Shown here: piece after piece, positions 1-15,750 of the stretch
How the letters are laid out: each line of letters starts with the position of its first letter
How positions within the stretch are numbered: the first letter of the stretch is position 1
NCBI GenBank assembly: GCA_964016885.1
Contig: OZ024740.1
Coordinates: 316,572,001-316,636,000, forward strand
Direction: 5' to 3'
Source: Eledone cirrhosa
Taxonomy: Eukaryota
DNA length: 64,000 bases
Notes under the pieces: model-generated
Databases searched by the model: none
Told to the model about the DNA's origin: nothing
What the model saw: only the letters and a program-made list of their open reading frames with translations
Program-made: the position numbers and the translations under genes

Positions 1-3000
1 GAACTATATTAAACTATTGGACATTGCTATCATCATATATAGAACTATATTAAACTATTTTCTCCCCTCTTTCTGTTTCAACCAACCATAACTGGCCACT
101 CATACTGATTAAGGTATGGTTCTCAAAATAAATAATATCAAAATCTCATAGATTCGATAATATGTTAGGTAAAGCCTTTATCATGAAAATATAATAGTAA
201 ATATAAAGTAATGTAAATACTAAAGTTTAAACTGTATTGAAACAACTACCATCATATATTAAACTGTTGGACACTACTACCATCATATATAGAACTATAT
301 TAAACTATTCGACACTACTACCATCATATATAGAATCATATTAAACTATTGGACACTACTACCATCATATATAGAACTATATTAAACTATTGGACACTAC
401 TACCATCATATATAGAACTATATTAAACTATTGGACACTACTACCATCATATATAGAACTATATTAAACTTTTGGACACTACTACCATCATATATAGAAC
501 TATATTAAACTATTGGACACTACTACCATCATATATAGAACTATATTAAACTTTTGGACACTACTACCATCATATATAGAACTATATTAAACTATTGGAC
601 ACTACTGCCATCATATATAAAACTATATTAAACTATTTTCCCACCTCTTTCTGTTTCAACCAACCATAACTGGCCACTCATACTGATTAATTTATGGTTC
701 TCAAAATAAATAATATCAAAATCTCATAGATTTGATATTACGTCAGGTAAAGCCTTTATCATGAAAATATAATAGTAAATATAAAGTAATGTAAATACTA
801 AAGTTTAAACTGTATTGAAACAACTACCATCATATATTAAACTGTTGGACACTACGGCCATCATATATAGAACTATATTAAATTATTGGACACTACTACC
901 ATCATATATAGAACTATATTAAACTATTGGACACTGCTACCATCATATATAGAACTATATTAAACTGTTGGACACTACTACCATCATATATAGAAGTATA
1001 TTAAACTATTGGACACTACTACCATCATATATAGAACTATATTAAAATATTGGACACTACTACCATCATATATAGAACTATATTAAACTGTTGGACACTG
1101 CTACCATCATATATAGAACTATATTAAACTGTTGGACACTACTACCATCATATATACAACTATATTAAACTATTGGACACTACTACCATCATATATAGAA
1201 CTATATTAAACTATTGGACAGTGCTACCATCATATATAGAACTATATTAAACTATTGGAGGCTACTACCATCATATATAGAACTATATTAAACTATTGGA
1301 CACTACTACCATAATATATAGAACTATATTAAACTGTTGGAAACTACTACCATCATATATAGAACTATTTTAAAATATTGGACACTACTACCATCATATA
1401 TAGAACTATATTAAACCGTTGGACACTTCTACCATCATATATAGAACTATATTAAACTATTGGACACTACTACCATCATATATAGAACTATATTAAACTA
1501 TTGGACACTACTACCATCATATATAGAACCATATTAAACTATTGGACACTACTACCATCATATATAGAACTATATTAAACTATTGGACACTACTACCATC
1601 ATATATACAACTATATTAAACTATTTTCTCCCCTCTTTCCGTTTCAACCAACCATAACTGGCCACTCATACTGATTAAGGTATGGTTCTCAAAATAAATA
1701 ATATCAAAATCTCATAGATTCGATAATATGTTAGGTAAAGCCTTTATCATGAAAATATAATAGTAAATATAAAGTAATGTAAATACTAAAGTTTAAACTG
1801 TATTGAAACAACTACCATCATATATTAAACTGTTGGACACTACTACCATCATATATAGAACTATATTAAACTATTGGACACTACTACCATCATATATAGA
1901 ATCATATTAAACTATTGGACACTACTACCATCATATATAGAACTATATTAAACTATTCGACACTACTACCATCATATATAGAATCATATTAAACTATTGG
2001 ACACAACTACCATCATATATAGAACTATATTAAACTATTGGACACTACTACCATCATATATAGAACTATATTAAACTATTCGACACTACTACCATCATAT
2101 ATAGAATCATATTAAACTATTGGACACAACTACCATCATATATTGAACTATATTAAACTATTGGACACTACTACCATCATATATAGAACTCTATTAAACT
2201 ATTGGACACTACTACCATCATATATAGAACTATATTAAACTTTTGGACACTACTACCATCATATATAGAACTATATTAAACTATTGGACACTACTACCAT
2301 CATATATAGAACTATATTAAACTATTGGACACTACTACCATCATATATAGAACTATATTAAACTATTGGACACTACTACCATCATATATAGAATCATATT
2401 AAACTATTGGACACAACTACCATCATATATAGAACTATATTAAACTATTGGACACAACTACCATCATATATAGAACTATATTAAACTATTCGACACTACT
2501 ACCATCATATATAGAATCATATTAAACTATTGGACACAACTACCATCATATATAGAACTATATTAAACTATTCGACACTCTTACCATCATATATAGAACT
2601 CTATTAAACTATTGGACACTACTACCATCATATATAGAACTATATTAAACTTTTGGACACTACTACCATCATATATAGAACTATATTAAACTATTGGACA
2701 CTACTACCATCATATATAGAACTATATTAAACTGTTGGACACTGCTATCATCATATATAGAACTATATTAAATTGTTGGACACTACTACCATCATATATA
2801 GAACTATATTAAACTATTGGACACTACTACCATCATATATAGAACTATAGTAAACTATTGGAAACTACTACCATCATCTATAGAACTATATTAAACTATT
2901 GGACACTACTACCATCATATATAGAACTATATTAAACTGTTGGACACTGCTATCATCATATATAGAACTATATTAAATTGTTGGACACTACTACCATCAT

Positions 3001-6000
3001 ATATAGAACTATATTAAACTATTGGACACTACTACCATCATATATAGAACTATAGTAAACTATTGGAAACTACTACCATCATCTATAGAACTATATTAAA
3101 CTATTGGACACTACTACCATCATATATAGAACTATATTAAACTATTGGACACTACTACCACCATATATAGAACCATATTAAACTATTGGACACTACTACC
3201 ATCATATATAGAACTATATTAAACTATTGGACACTACTACCATCATATATAGAACTATAGTAAACTATTGGAAACTACTACCATCATCTATAGAACTATA
3301 TTAAACTATTGGACACTACTACCATCATATATAGAACTATATTAAACTATTGGACACTACTACCACCATATATAGAACCATATTAAACTATTGGACACTA
3401 CTACCATCATATATAGAACTATATTAAACTATTGGACACTACTACCATCATATATAAAACTATATTAAACTATTTACTCCCCTCTTTCCGTTTCAACCAA
3501 CCATAACTGGCCACTCATACTGATTAAGGTATGGTTCTCAAAATAAATAATATCAAAATCTCATAGATTCGATAATATGTTAGGTAAAGCCTTTATCTTG
3601 AAAATATAATAGTAAATATAAAGTAATGTAAATACTAAAGTTTAAACTGTATTGAAACAACTACCATCATATATTAAACTGTTGGACACTACTACCATCA
3701 TATATAGAACTATATTAAACTATTGGACACTACTACCATCATATATAGAATCATATTAAACTATTGGACACTACTACCATCATATATAGAACTATATTAA
3801 ACTATTCGACACTACTACCATCATATATAGAATCATATTAAACTATTGGACACTACTACCATCATATATAGAACTATATTAAACTATTCGACACTACTAC
3901 CATCATATATAGAATCATATTAAACTATTGGACACAACTACCATCATATATTGAACTATATTAAACTATTGGACACTACTACCATCATATATACAACTAT
4001 ATTAAACTATTTTCTCCCCTCTTTCCGTTTCAACCAACCATAACTGGCCACTCATACTGATTAAGGTATGGTTCTCAAAATAAATAATATCAAAATCTCA
4101 TAGATTCGATAATATGTTAGGTAAAGCCTTTATCATGAAAATATAATAGTAAATATAAAGTAATGTAAATACTAAAGTTTAAACTGTATTGAAACAACTA
4201 CCATCATATATTAAACTGTTGGACACTACTACCATCATATATAGAACTATATTAAACTATTGGACACTACTACCATCATATATAGAATCATATTAAACTA
4301 TTGGACACTACTACCATCATATATAGAACTATATTAAACTATTCGACACTACTACCATCATATATAGAATCATATTAAACTATTGGACACAACTACCATC
4401 ATATATAGAACTATATTAAACTATTGGACACTACTACCATCATATATAGAACTATATTAAACTATTCGACACTACTACCATCATATATAGAATCATATTA
4501 AACTATTGGACACAACTACCATCATATATTGAACTATATTAAACTATTGGACACTACTACCATCATATATAGAACTCTATTAAACTATTGGACACTACTA
4601 CCATCATATATAGAACTATATTAAACTTTTGGACACTACTACCATCATATATAGAACTATATTAAACTATTGGACACTACTACCATCATATATAGAACTA
4701 TATTAAACTATTGGACACTACTACCATCATATATAGAACTATATTAAACTATTGGACACTACTACCATCATATATAGAATCATATTAAACTATTGGACAC
4801 AACTACCATCATATATAGAACTATATTAAACTATTGGACACAACTACCATCATATATAGAACTATATTAAACTATTCGACACTACTACCATCATATATAG
4901 AATCATATTAAACTATTGGACACAACTACCATCATATATAGAACTATATTAAACTATTCGACACTCTTACCATCATATATAGAACTCTATTAAACTATTG
5001 GACACTACTACCATCATATATAGAACTATATTAAACTTTTGGACACTACTACCATCATATATAGAACTATATTAAACTATTGGACACTACTACCATCATA
5101 TATAGAACTATATTAAACTGTTGGACACTGCTATCATCATATATAGAACTATATTAAATTGTTGGACACTACTACCATCATATATAGAACTATATTAAAC
5201 TATTGGACACTACTACCATCATATATAGAACTATAGTAAACTATTGGAAACTACTACCATCATCTATAGAACTATATTAAACTATTGGACACTACTACCA
5301 TCATATATAGAACTATATTAAACTGTTGGACACTGCTATCATCATATATAGAACTATATTAAATTGTTGGACACTACTACCATCATATATAGAACTATAT
5401 TAAACTATTGGACACTACTACCATCATATATAGAACTATAGTAAACTATTGGAAACTACTACCATCATCTATAGAACTATATTAAACTATTGGACACTAC
5501 TACCATCATATATAGAACTATATTAAACTATTGGACACTACTACCACCATATATAGAACCATATTAAACTATTGGACACTACTACCATCATATATAGAAC
5601 TATATTAAACTATTGGACACTACTACCATCATATATAGAACTATAGTAAACTATTGGAAACTACTACCATCATCTATAGAACTATATTAAACTATTGGAC
5701 ACTACTACCATCATATATAGAACTATATTAAACTATTGGACACTACTACCACCATATATAGAACCATATTAAACTATTGGACACTACTACCATCATATAT
5801 AGAACTATATTAAACTATTGGACACTACTACCATCATATATAAAACTATATTAAACTATTTACTCCCCTCTTTCCGTTTCAACCAACCATAACTGGCCAC
5901 TCATACTGATTAAGGTATGGTTCTCAAAATAAATAATATCAAAATCTCATAGATTCGATAATATGTTAGGTAAAGCCTTTATCTTGAAAATATAATAGTA

Positions 6001-9000
6001 AATATAAAGTAATGTAAATACTAAAGTTTAAACTGTATTGAAACAACTACCATCATATATTAAACTGTTGGACACTACTACCATCATATATAGAACTATA
6101 TTAAACTATTGGACACTACTACCATCATATATAGAATCATATTAAACTATTGGACACTACTACCATCATATATAGAACTATATTAAACTATTCGACACTA
6201 CTACCATCATATATAGAATCATATTAAACTATTGGACACTACTACCATCATATATAGAACTATATTAAACTATTCGACACTACTACCATCATATATAGAA
6301 TCATATTAAACTATTGGACACAACTACCATCATATATTGAACTATATTAAACTATTGGACACTACTACCATCATATATACAACTATATTAAACTATTGGA
6401 CACTACTACCATCATATATAGAACTATATTAAACTTTTGGACACTACTACCATCATATATAGAACTATATTAAACTATTGGACACTACTACCATCATATA
6501 TAGAACTATATTAAACTATTGGACACTACTACCATCATATATAGAACTATATTAAACTTTTGGACACTACTACCATCATATATAGAACTATATTAAACTA
6601 TTGGACACTACTACCATCATATATAGAACTATATTAAACTGTTGGACACTATTACCATCATATATAGAACTATATTAAACTTTTGTACACTACTACCATC
6701 ATATATAGAACTATATTAAACTATTGGACACTACTACCATCATATATAGAACTATATTAAACTATTGGACACTACTACCATCATATATAGAACTATATTA
6801 AACTTTTGGACACTACTACCATCATATATAGAACTATATTAAACTATTGGACACTACTACCATCATATATATAACTATTTTAAACTATTGGACACTACTA
6901 CCATCATATATAGAACTATATTAAACTATTGGACACTACTACCATCATATATAGAACTATATTAAACTGTTGGACACTGCTATCATCATATATAGAACTA
7001 TATTAAATTGTTGGACACTACTACCATCATATATAGAACTATATTAAACTATTGGACACTACTACCATCATATATAGAACTATAGTAAACTATTGGAAAC
7101 TACTACCATCATCTATAGAACTATATTAAACTATTGGACACTACTACCATCATATATAGAACTATATTAAACTATTGGACACTACTACCACCATATATAG
7201 AACCATATTAAACTATTGGACACTACTACCATCATATATAGAACTATATTAAACTATTGGACACTACTACCATCATATATAAAACTATATGAAACTATTT
7301 TCCCACCTCTTTCTGTTTCAACCAACCATAACTGGCCACTCATACTGATTAATTTATGGTTCTCAAAATAAATAATATCAAAATCTCATAGATTCGATAT
7401 TACGTCAGGTAAAGCCTTTATCATGAAAATATAATAGTAAATATAAAGTAATGTAAATACTAAAGTTTAAACTGTATTGAAACAACTACCATCATATATT
7501 AAACTGTTGGACACTACTACCATCATATATAGAACTATATTAAACTGTTGGACACTACTACCATCATATATGGAACTATATTAAACTATTGGACAGTGCT
7601 ACCATCATATATAGAACTATATTAAACTATTGGAGACTACTACCATCATATATAGAACTATATTAAACTATTGGACACTACTACCATCATATATAGAACT
7701 ATATTAAACTATTGGACACTACTACCATCATATATAGAACCATATTAAACTATTGGACACTACTACCATCATATATAGAACTATATTAAACTATTGGACA
7801 CTACTACCATCATATATAGAACTATTGGACACTACTACCATCATATATAGAACTATATTAAACTATTGGACACTACTGCCATCATATATAGAACTATATT
7901 AAACTATTGGACATTGCTATCATCATATATAGAACTATATTAAACTATTTTCTCCCCTCTTTCTGTTTCAACCAACCATAACTGGCCACTCATACTGATT
8001 AAGGTATGGTTCTCAAAATAAATAATATCAAAATCTCATAGATTCGATAATATGTTAGGTAAAGCCTTTATCATGAAAATATAATAGTAAATATAAAGTA
8101 ATGTAAATACTAAAGTTTAAACTGTATTGAAACAACTACCATCATATATTAAACTGTTGGACACTACTACCATCATATATAGAACTATATTAAACTATTC
8201 GACACTACTACCATCATATATAGAATCATATTAAACTATTGGACACTACTACCATCATATATAGAACTATATTAAACTATTGGACACTACTACCATCATA
8301 TATAGAACTATATTAAACTATTGGACACTACTACCATCATATATAGAACTATATTAAACTTTTGGACACTACTACCATCATATATAGAACTATAATAAAC
8401 TATTGGACACTACTACCATCATATATAGAACTATATTAATCTATTGGACACTACTACCATCATATATAGAACTATATTAAACTATTGGACACTACTACCA
8501 TCATATATAGAACTATATTAAACTTTTGGACACTACTACCATCATATATAGAACTATATTAAACTATTGGACACTACTACCATCATATATAGAACTATAT
8601 TAAACTATTGGACACTACTACCATCATATATAGAACTATATTAAACTATTGGGCACTACTACCATCATATATAGAACCATATTAAACTTTTGGACACTAC
8701 TACCATCATATATAGAACTATATTAAACTATTGGACACTACTACCATCATATATAGAACTATATTAAACTATTGGACACTACTACCATCATATATAGAAC
8801 TATATTAAACTATTGGACACTACTACCATCATATATAGAACTATATTAAACTATTGGACACTACTACCATCATATATAGAACTATATTAAACTATTGGAC
8901 ACTACTACCATCATATATAGAACTATATTAAACTTTTGGACACTACTACCATCATATATAGAACTATATTAAACTATTGGACACTACTACCATCATATAC

Positions 9001-10829
9001 AGAACTATATTAAACTATTGGACACTACTACCATCATATATAGAACTATATTAAACTATTGGACACTACTACCATCATATATAGAACTATATTAAACTTT
9101 TGGACACTACTACCATCATATATAGAACTATATTAAACTATTGGACCCTACTACCATCATATATAGAACTATATTAAACTGTTAGACACTGCTATCATCA
9201 TATATAGAACTATATTAAACTATTGGACACTACTACCATCATATACAGAACTATATTAAACTATTGGACACTACTACCATCATATATAGAACTATATTAA
9301 ACTATTGGACACTACTACCATCATATATAGAACTATATTAAACTTTTGGACACTACTACCATCATATATAGAACTATATTAAACTATTGGACCCTACTAC
9401 CATCATATATAGAACTATATTAAACTGTTAGACACTACTACCATCATATATAGAACTATATTAAACTATTGGACCCTACTACCATCATATATAGAACTAT
9501 ATTAAAGTATTGGACACTACTACCATCATCTATAGAACTATATTAAACTATTGGACACTACTACCATCATATATAGAACTATATTAAACTATTGGACACT
9601 ACTGCCATCATCTATAGAACTATATTAAACTATTGGACACTACTACCATCATATATAGAACTATATTAAACTATTGGACACTACTACCATCATATATAGA
9701 ACCATATTAAACTATTGGACACTACTACCATCATCTATAGAACTATATTAAACTATTGGACACTACTACCATCATATATAGAACTATATTAAACTATTGG
9801 ACACTACTACCATCATATATAGAACCATATTAAACTATTGGACACTACTACCATCATATATAGAACTATATTTAACTATTGGACACTACTACCATCATAT
9901 ATAGAACTATACTAAACTATTGGACACTACTACCATCATATATAAAACTATATTAAACTATTTTCCCACCTCTTTCTGTTTCAACCAACCATAACTGGCC
10001 ACTCATACTAAGTAAGGTATGGTTCTCAAAATAAATAATATCAAAATCTCATAGATTCGATATTACGTCAGGTAAAGCCTTTATCATGAAAATATAATAG
10101 TAAATATAAAGTAATGTAAATACTAAAGTTTAAATTGTATTGAAACAACTACCATCATATATTAAACTGTTGGACACTACGGCCATCATATATAGAACTA
10201 TATTAAATTATTGGACACTACTACCATCATATATAGAACTATATTAAACTATTGGACACTACTACCATCATATATAGAACTATATTAAAATATTGGACAC
10301 TACTACCATCATATATAGAACTATATTAAACTGTTAGACACTACTACCATCATATATAGAACTATATTAAACTGTTAGACACTACTACCATCATATATAG
10401 AACTATATGAAACTATTGGACACTACTACCATCATATATAGAACTATATTAAACTGTTAGACACTACTACCATCATATATAGAACTATATTAAACTGTTA
10501 GACACTACTACCATCATATATAGAACTATATGAAACTATTGGACACTACTACCATCATCTATAGAACTATATTTAACTATTGGACACTACTACCATCATA
10601 TATAGAACTATATTAAACTGTTAGACACTACTACCATCATATATAGAACTATATGAAACTATTGGACACTACTACCATCATATATAGAACTATATTAAAC
10701 TATTGGACACTACTGCCATTATATATAGAACTATATTAAACTATTGGACACTACTACCATCATATATAAAACTATATAAAACTATTTTCCCACCTCTTTC
10801 TGTTTCAACCAACCATAACTGGCCACTCA

Positions 10830-11838
10830 TCTATCTATATATATATCTATATATATATATAAAACTGTGGTTGTCTGTCTGTCTATCGATTTTTGGCACA
10901 CATCTCCTCTTAGAATCTCTCACGGAATTGCACTGAAATTGCTATACTTGTACATTGAGCCCTAGCGAAGACATCGGAAAAAAAAAATTTCAAATTGACC
11001 CACCCTATGTGACGAAATCGAATATAATGTATCGATTTTTGAGCGTAAGTTTTCAGTTATTTCCCTTTGTTCTGTTTACATTGAGCGTCTTACGTAAAAA
11101 ATTACGCTGGCTTTCTCAGTGTTTAAAATGACATTAACACAATACACGAACGAACAGTTGTCGAGCCAACAAAATATTGACCTGCAAAATTCATCACTTC
11201 GAACACTAAGCTTCCGCTTTGCTTCATTTCCATTTAAAAGCATTTTAAAACAATATTTTTACTTGAAAACAAGTCTATTTAAAGACTACGTAAAACAAGC
11301 AAATATTTCGTCGTTAGGCGTGCAGACAGACAGTCGTGCAGACAGATAGTCGTGCAGAGAGGTGATATACGCGTGCAGACAGAAAGTCGTGCAGAGAGGT
11401 GATATAGGCGTGCAGACAGATAGTCGTGCAGAGAGGTGATATAGGCGTGCAGACAGATAGTCGTGCAGAGAGGTGATATAGGCGTGCAGACAGATAGTCG
11501 TGCAGAGAGGTGATATAGGCGTGCAGACAGACATAACTGATAATTTGGTTACGCTAATGTTTTTCTCTGCGTTGCAGTGTTTACATTTTCGATCTTTGTC
11601 AATAAATAACCAGTGCAGTTTCTATCCCCAGCATCCTCTTTTGTTATAACATTCGGGTTATCGTTATGTTTTCTTAACTTCATAAGGCATATTGTTAGTT
11701 GAGGGAATATTAATCAAAAACACCACATGCAAGTCTGCACAGTAGACACTACAGTTTTTAAGCCAAAAAAGAAACTTAACATTGTAACTTTAACACAGCT
11801 ACTGAGCGACCCCGAGCAACGCCGGGCTTTACTGCTAG
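10830..11838 (+). mobile_element. Non-autonomous Helitron, unit 1
   Basis: 5' TC(TATC..)ATAAAACTGTGGTTGTCTGTCTG, subterminal hairpin CCCGAGCAACGCCGGG and 3' CTAG; begins right after the target A at 10829; no TSD. Confidence 0.9.
11318..11531. repeat. 37-bp minisatellite inside the Helitron (GCGTGCAGACAGATAGTCGTGCAGAGAGGTGATATAG); second array at 12269-12430
   Basis: Visible tandem repeats, about 5.5 versus about 4.4 copies. Confidence 0.95.
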
Positions 11839-12737
11839 TATATCTATATATATAAAACTGTGGTTGTCTGTCTATCGATTTTTGGCACACATCTCCTCTT
11901 AGAATCTCTCACGGAATTGCACCGAAATTGCTATACTTGTACATTGAGCCCTAGCGAAGACATCGGAAAAAAAAAATTTCAAATTGACCCACCCTATGTG
12001 ACGAAATCGAATATAATGTATCGATTTTTGAGCGTAAGTTATCAGTTATTTCCCTTTGTTCTGTTTACATTGAGCGTCTTACGTAAAAAATTACGCTGGC
12101 TTTAACAGTTGTCGAGCCAGCAAAATATTGACCTGCAAAATTCATCAGTTCGAACACTAAGCTTCCGTTTTGCTTCATTTCCATTTAAAAGCATTTTAAA
12201 ACAATATTTTTACTTGAAAACAAGTCTATTTAAAGACTACGTAAAACAAGCAAATATTTCGTCGTTAGGCGTGCAGACAGACAGTCGTGCAGAGAGGTGA
12301 TATACGCGTGCAGACAGATAGTCGTGCATAGAGGTGATATAGGCGTGCAGACAGAAAGTCGTGCAGAGAGGTGATATAGGCGTGCAGACAGATAGTCGTG
12401 CAGAGAGGTGATATAGGCGTGCAGACAGACATAACTGATAATTTGGTTACGCTAATGTTTTTCTCTACGTTGCAGTGTTTACATTTTCGATCTTTGTTAA
12501 TAAATAACCAGTGCAGTTTCTATCCCCAGCATCCTCTTTTGTTATAACATTCGGGTTATCGTTATGTTTTCTTAACTTCATAAGGCATATTGTTGGTTGA
12601 GGGAATATTAATAAAAAAACACCACATGCAAGTCTGCACAGTAGACACTACAGTTTTTAAGCCAAGAAAGAAACTTAACATTGTAACTTTAACACAGCTA
12701 CTGAGCGACCCCGAGCAACGCCGGGCTTTACTGCTAG
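11839..12737 (+). mobile_element. Non-autonomous Helitron, unit 2 (near-identical to unit 1)
   Basis: Same body, hairpin and CTAG end; lacks about 40 bp found at 11114-11152 and has fewer internal repeats. Confidence 0.9.
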
Positions 12738-14028
12738 TCTATCTATATATATAAAACTGAGGTTGTCTGTCTGCCTACTAAAACCTTCGGCACACATCTG
12801 CTCTTAAACCGTACGTTCAAATTTCGGTGAAATTGCTACACTTATAGATGAAGGTCCGGCGAAACCATCGGTCAAATAAATTTTCAAATAAGTTCTTGTT
12901 TTTGATTATGTCATCTATATATATAAAACTGAGGTTGTCTGTCTGTCTACTAAAACCTTCGGCACACATCTGCTCTTAAACCGTACGTTCAAATTTCGGT
13001 GAAATTGCTACACTTATAGATGAAGGTCCGACGGAACCATCGATCAAATAAATTTTCAAATCGACCCACGCCAAGTGTAAAAATCGAATTTGTAATGTAT
13101 TGATTTTTCAGTTCAAATGTATAGAGATGAGAGACGAGTTATTTCCCTTTTATGGCGTCATTTGCTTATCTATTTATGTTACGTATAAACGACGCAGTGG
13201 ACCGAGAAGAACAATTTCATGCAAAGACAAGACCAAGTTTATGGTGTAAATGGAGTCGTTAGACTAATATTCTATTTAAAATAACCGAATGATTTCCAGC
13301 CCCGGAGTTTAAGAATGATGTAAATAAAATTGTAAACGAAAATGACAGGTTATTAAAATAGTTGTTTCTACTTTTGGCACAAGGCCAGCAATTAAACAGT
13401 ACATTACTGGTACTTTATTTTATCGACCCCGTAAGGATGAAAGGCAAAGTTAACCTCGACGGGATTTTAACTTTGCCTTAACATAGTAAAAATAAATAGT
13501 GAAGATTTAGGCCAGTACATATGTATGCACCGACGAACATACACATACTTATACATACGCACACACAAATACATACACACACACACACGTGCGCGTGCGC
13601 GCCTGTGTGTAAACCTTATGCATTTCTACAGTATTTTCACCAAACTTAAGACAGGTTACTCATGTACTCCGGATGGTCATGGACACTTTCATTTTTCCAG
13701 ATATTGATTATAGGGCCTCCCGGCGGATAACGCCCTTTAACCACTTCCTTAGAGTCGACTGAAGCACTGCAGTGCAATGCAAAAAAAACGTCATAACTTC
13801 TGGAGTTCGCAACCGATTTTCACAAAACTTGACACATGGGATACGTTGAATGTGAACTCTCAGAATTGGCACATATTGAGTAGGGGACCCCTGAGGGCAG
13901 GAACCCCCTTTTGGAAAAAGTCGATGAGTTTATAAAAGTATAGTTTTCGAAGCAGCACTGAAGTATTAACATAAATGGTATACATAACTGTTATTTAATA
14001 CCCGAGCAACGCCGGGTACCTCTGCTAG
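12738..14028 (+). mobile_element. Second Helitron subfamily: a 5' stub (12738-12913) plus a full unit (12914-14028)
   Basis: Two TCTATATATATAAAACTGAGGTTGTCTG 5' ends, a hairpin TACCCGAGCAACGCCGGGTA at 13999-14018 and a terminal CTAG followed by the target T. Confidence 0.88.
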
Positions 14029-15750
14029 TACTGATTAAGGTATGGTTCCCAAAATAAATAATATCAAAATCTCATAGATTCGATATTATGTCAGGTAAAG
14101 CCTTTATCATGAAAATATAATAGTAAATATAAAGTAATGTAAATACTAAGGTTTAAACTGTATTGAAACAACTACCATCATATATTAAACTGTTGGACAC
14201 TACGGCCATCATATATAGAACTATATTAAATTATTGGACACTACTACCATCATATATAGAACTATATTAAACTATTGGACACTACTACAATCTTATTTAG
14301 AACTATATTAAACAATTGACACTACTACCATCATATATAGAACTATATTAAACTATTGGACACTACTACCATCATATATAGAACTATATTAAACTATTGG
14401 ACACTACTACCATCATATATAGAACTATATTAAACTATTGGACACTATTACCATCATATATAGAACTATTTTAAATATTGGACACTACTACCATCGTATA
14501 TAGAACTATATTAAACTGTTGGACACTACTACCATCATATATAGAACTATATTAAACTATTGGACACTACTACTATCATATATAGAACTGTATTAAACTA
14601 TTGGACACTACTACCATCATATATAGAACTAATATTAAACTATTGGACACTACTACCATCATATATAGAACTATATTAAACTATTGGACACTACTACCAT
14701 CATATATAGAACTATATTAAACTATGGGACACTACGACCATCATATATAGAACTATATTAAACTATGGGACACTACTACCAACATATATAGAACTATATT
14801 AAACTGTATTGAAACAACTACCATCGTGTATAGAATAATCATTTCTTTTATTGAAACCTCGAGATATAAACTCTTGGGAGATATGAAAGTATAAATAAAC
14901 TCCATAATCATCTTTGTAGCACAATATGGCATCTTCATTTATTTGTCTGGAATTTCTTTCCACTATTTTTTTAATAAATAAATGTTATTTACAATTCTGT
15001 TTGTCATTTATATCATTTTAATTCAGGGAGTCAAATTGTTTTTCTACTTCTTATTGTAACAATGAAAATTGTGTACACTGCTCAGGTGCACTACAATTGT
15101 ATTGTATTGTCCCAATTATTATTTTGGTGTGTATGTGTTAGGTCTAGGTCTAAAGTCTTCCTCAAGCCAGGGAGCTTGTCAGGCTGGTGCTTATCCTGGT
15201 TTCATGGCTGTTGTATGACATAGTACAAGACCTTCCCCTGGACAGAAGGCCAGTCCATTGCAGGGTTAAACTCCCAGCTACTGCTGGTACCCATTTTCAG
15301 CTGAGTATACTAGAGCCATGTGAAATGAAGTGTTTTGCTCTGGAATCAAACTCATAACATTATAATAAGTCCGACACCCTTATCACGAGGCCTGCACCTC
15401 CACATATGTGCTAAAGGTTAAAGTAAATCTTATAAAGATCCTAAGCTTTCCTCTCTCTCCCTCTGTGCTCCCTAAGGTTGCTATTGCAGGGGTGGGAGTA
15501 GGCCTGAGAATCTACTCTCTACTCAAATGCCCCAAATGGCTTGAATCTCCTATAGCCTCTAACAACTGAAGCCCAACTCCTGGTCTTTCTGTGACAGAGA
15601 TGTTTGGAACTGACAAAGCAAAGGTGAGTTACTGGTGCATTCTTCTAAGAGAGGGGAAATTCTGAAGTGAAGCCTCTGGTTTACATGATTGCTGGTTATT
15701 TTTCTTAGGTTTGTCATCTGATAATAATCACTGAGACTTAGTGACATAAA

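Larger units (their letters stand above)
1..14830. repeat. 41-bp satellite (GAACTATATTAAACTATTGGACACTACTACCATCATATATA)n, roughly 230 copies, interleaved with MITE fragments and interrupted at 10830-14028; runs off the left edge of the window
   Basis: 41-bp periodicity directly visible; copy number estimated from length. Confidence 0.98.

Noticed and set aside
1-10829. CRISPR-like look (regular repeats with leader-like blocks)
   Set aside because: Repeats are contiguous with no unique spacers, there are no cas genes, and the context is eukaryotic; the blocks are MITE fragments.
10703-12300. Short duplicated ORFs within the Helitron units
   Set aside because: No Rep or helicase motifs; they are duplicated only because the element is.
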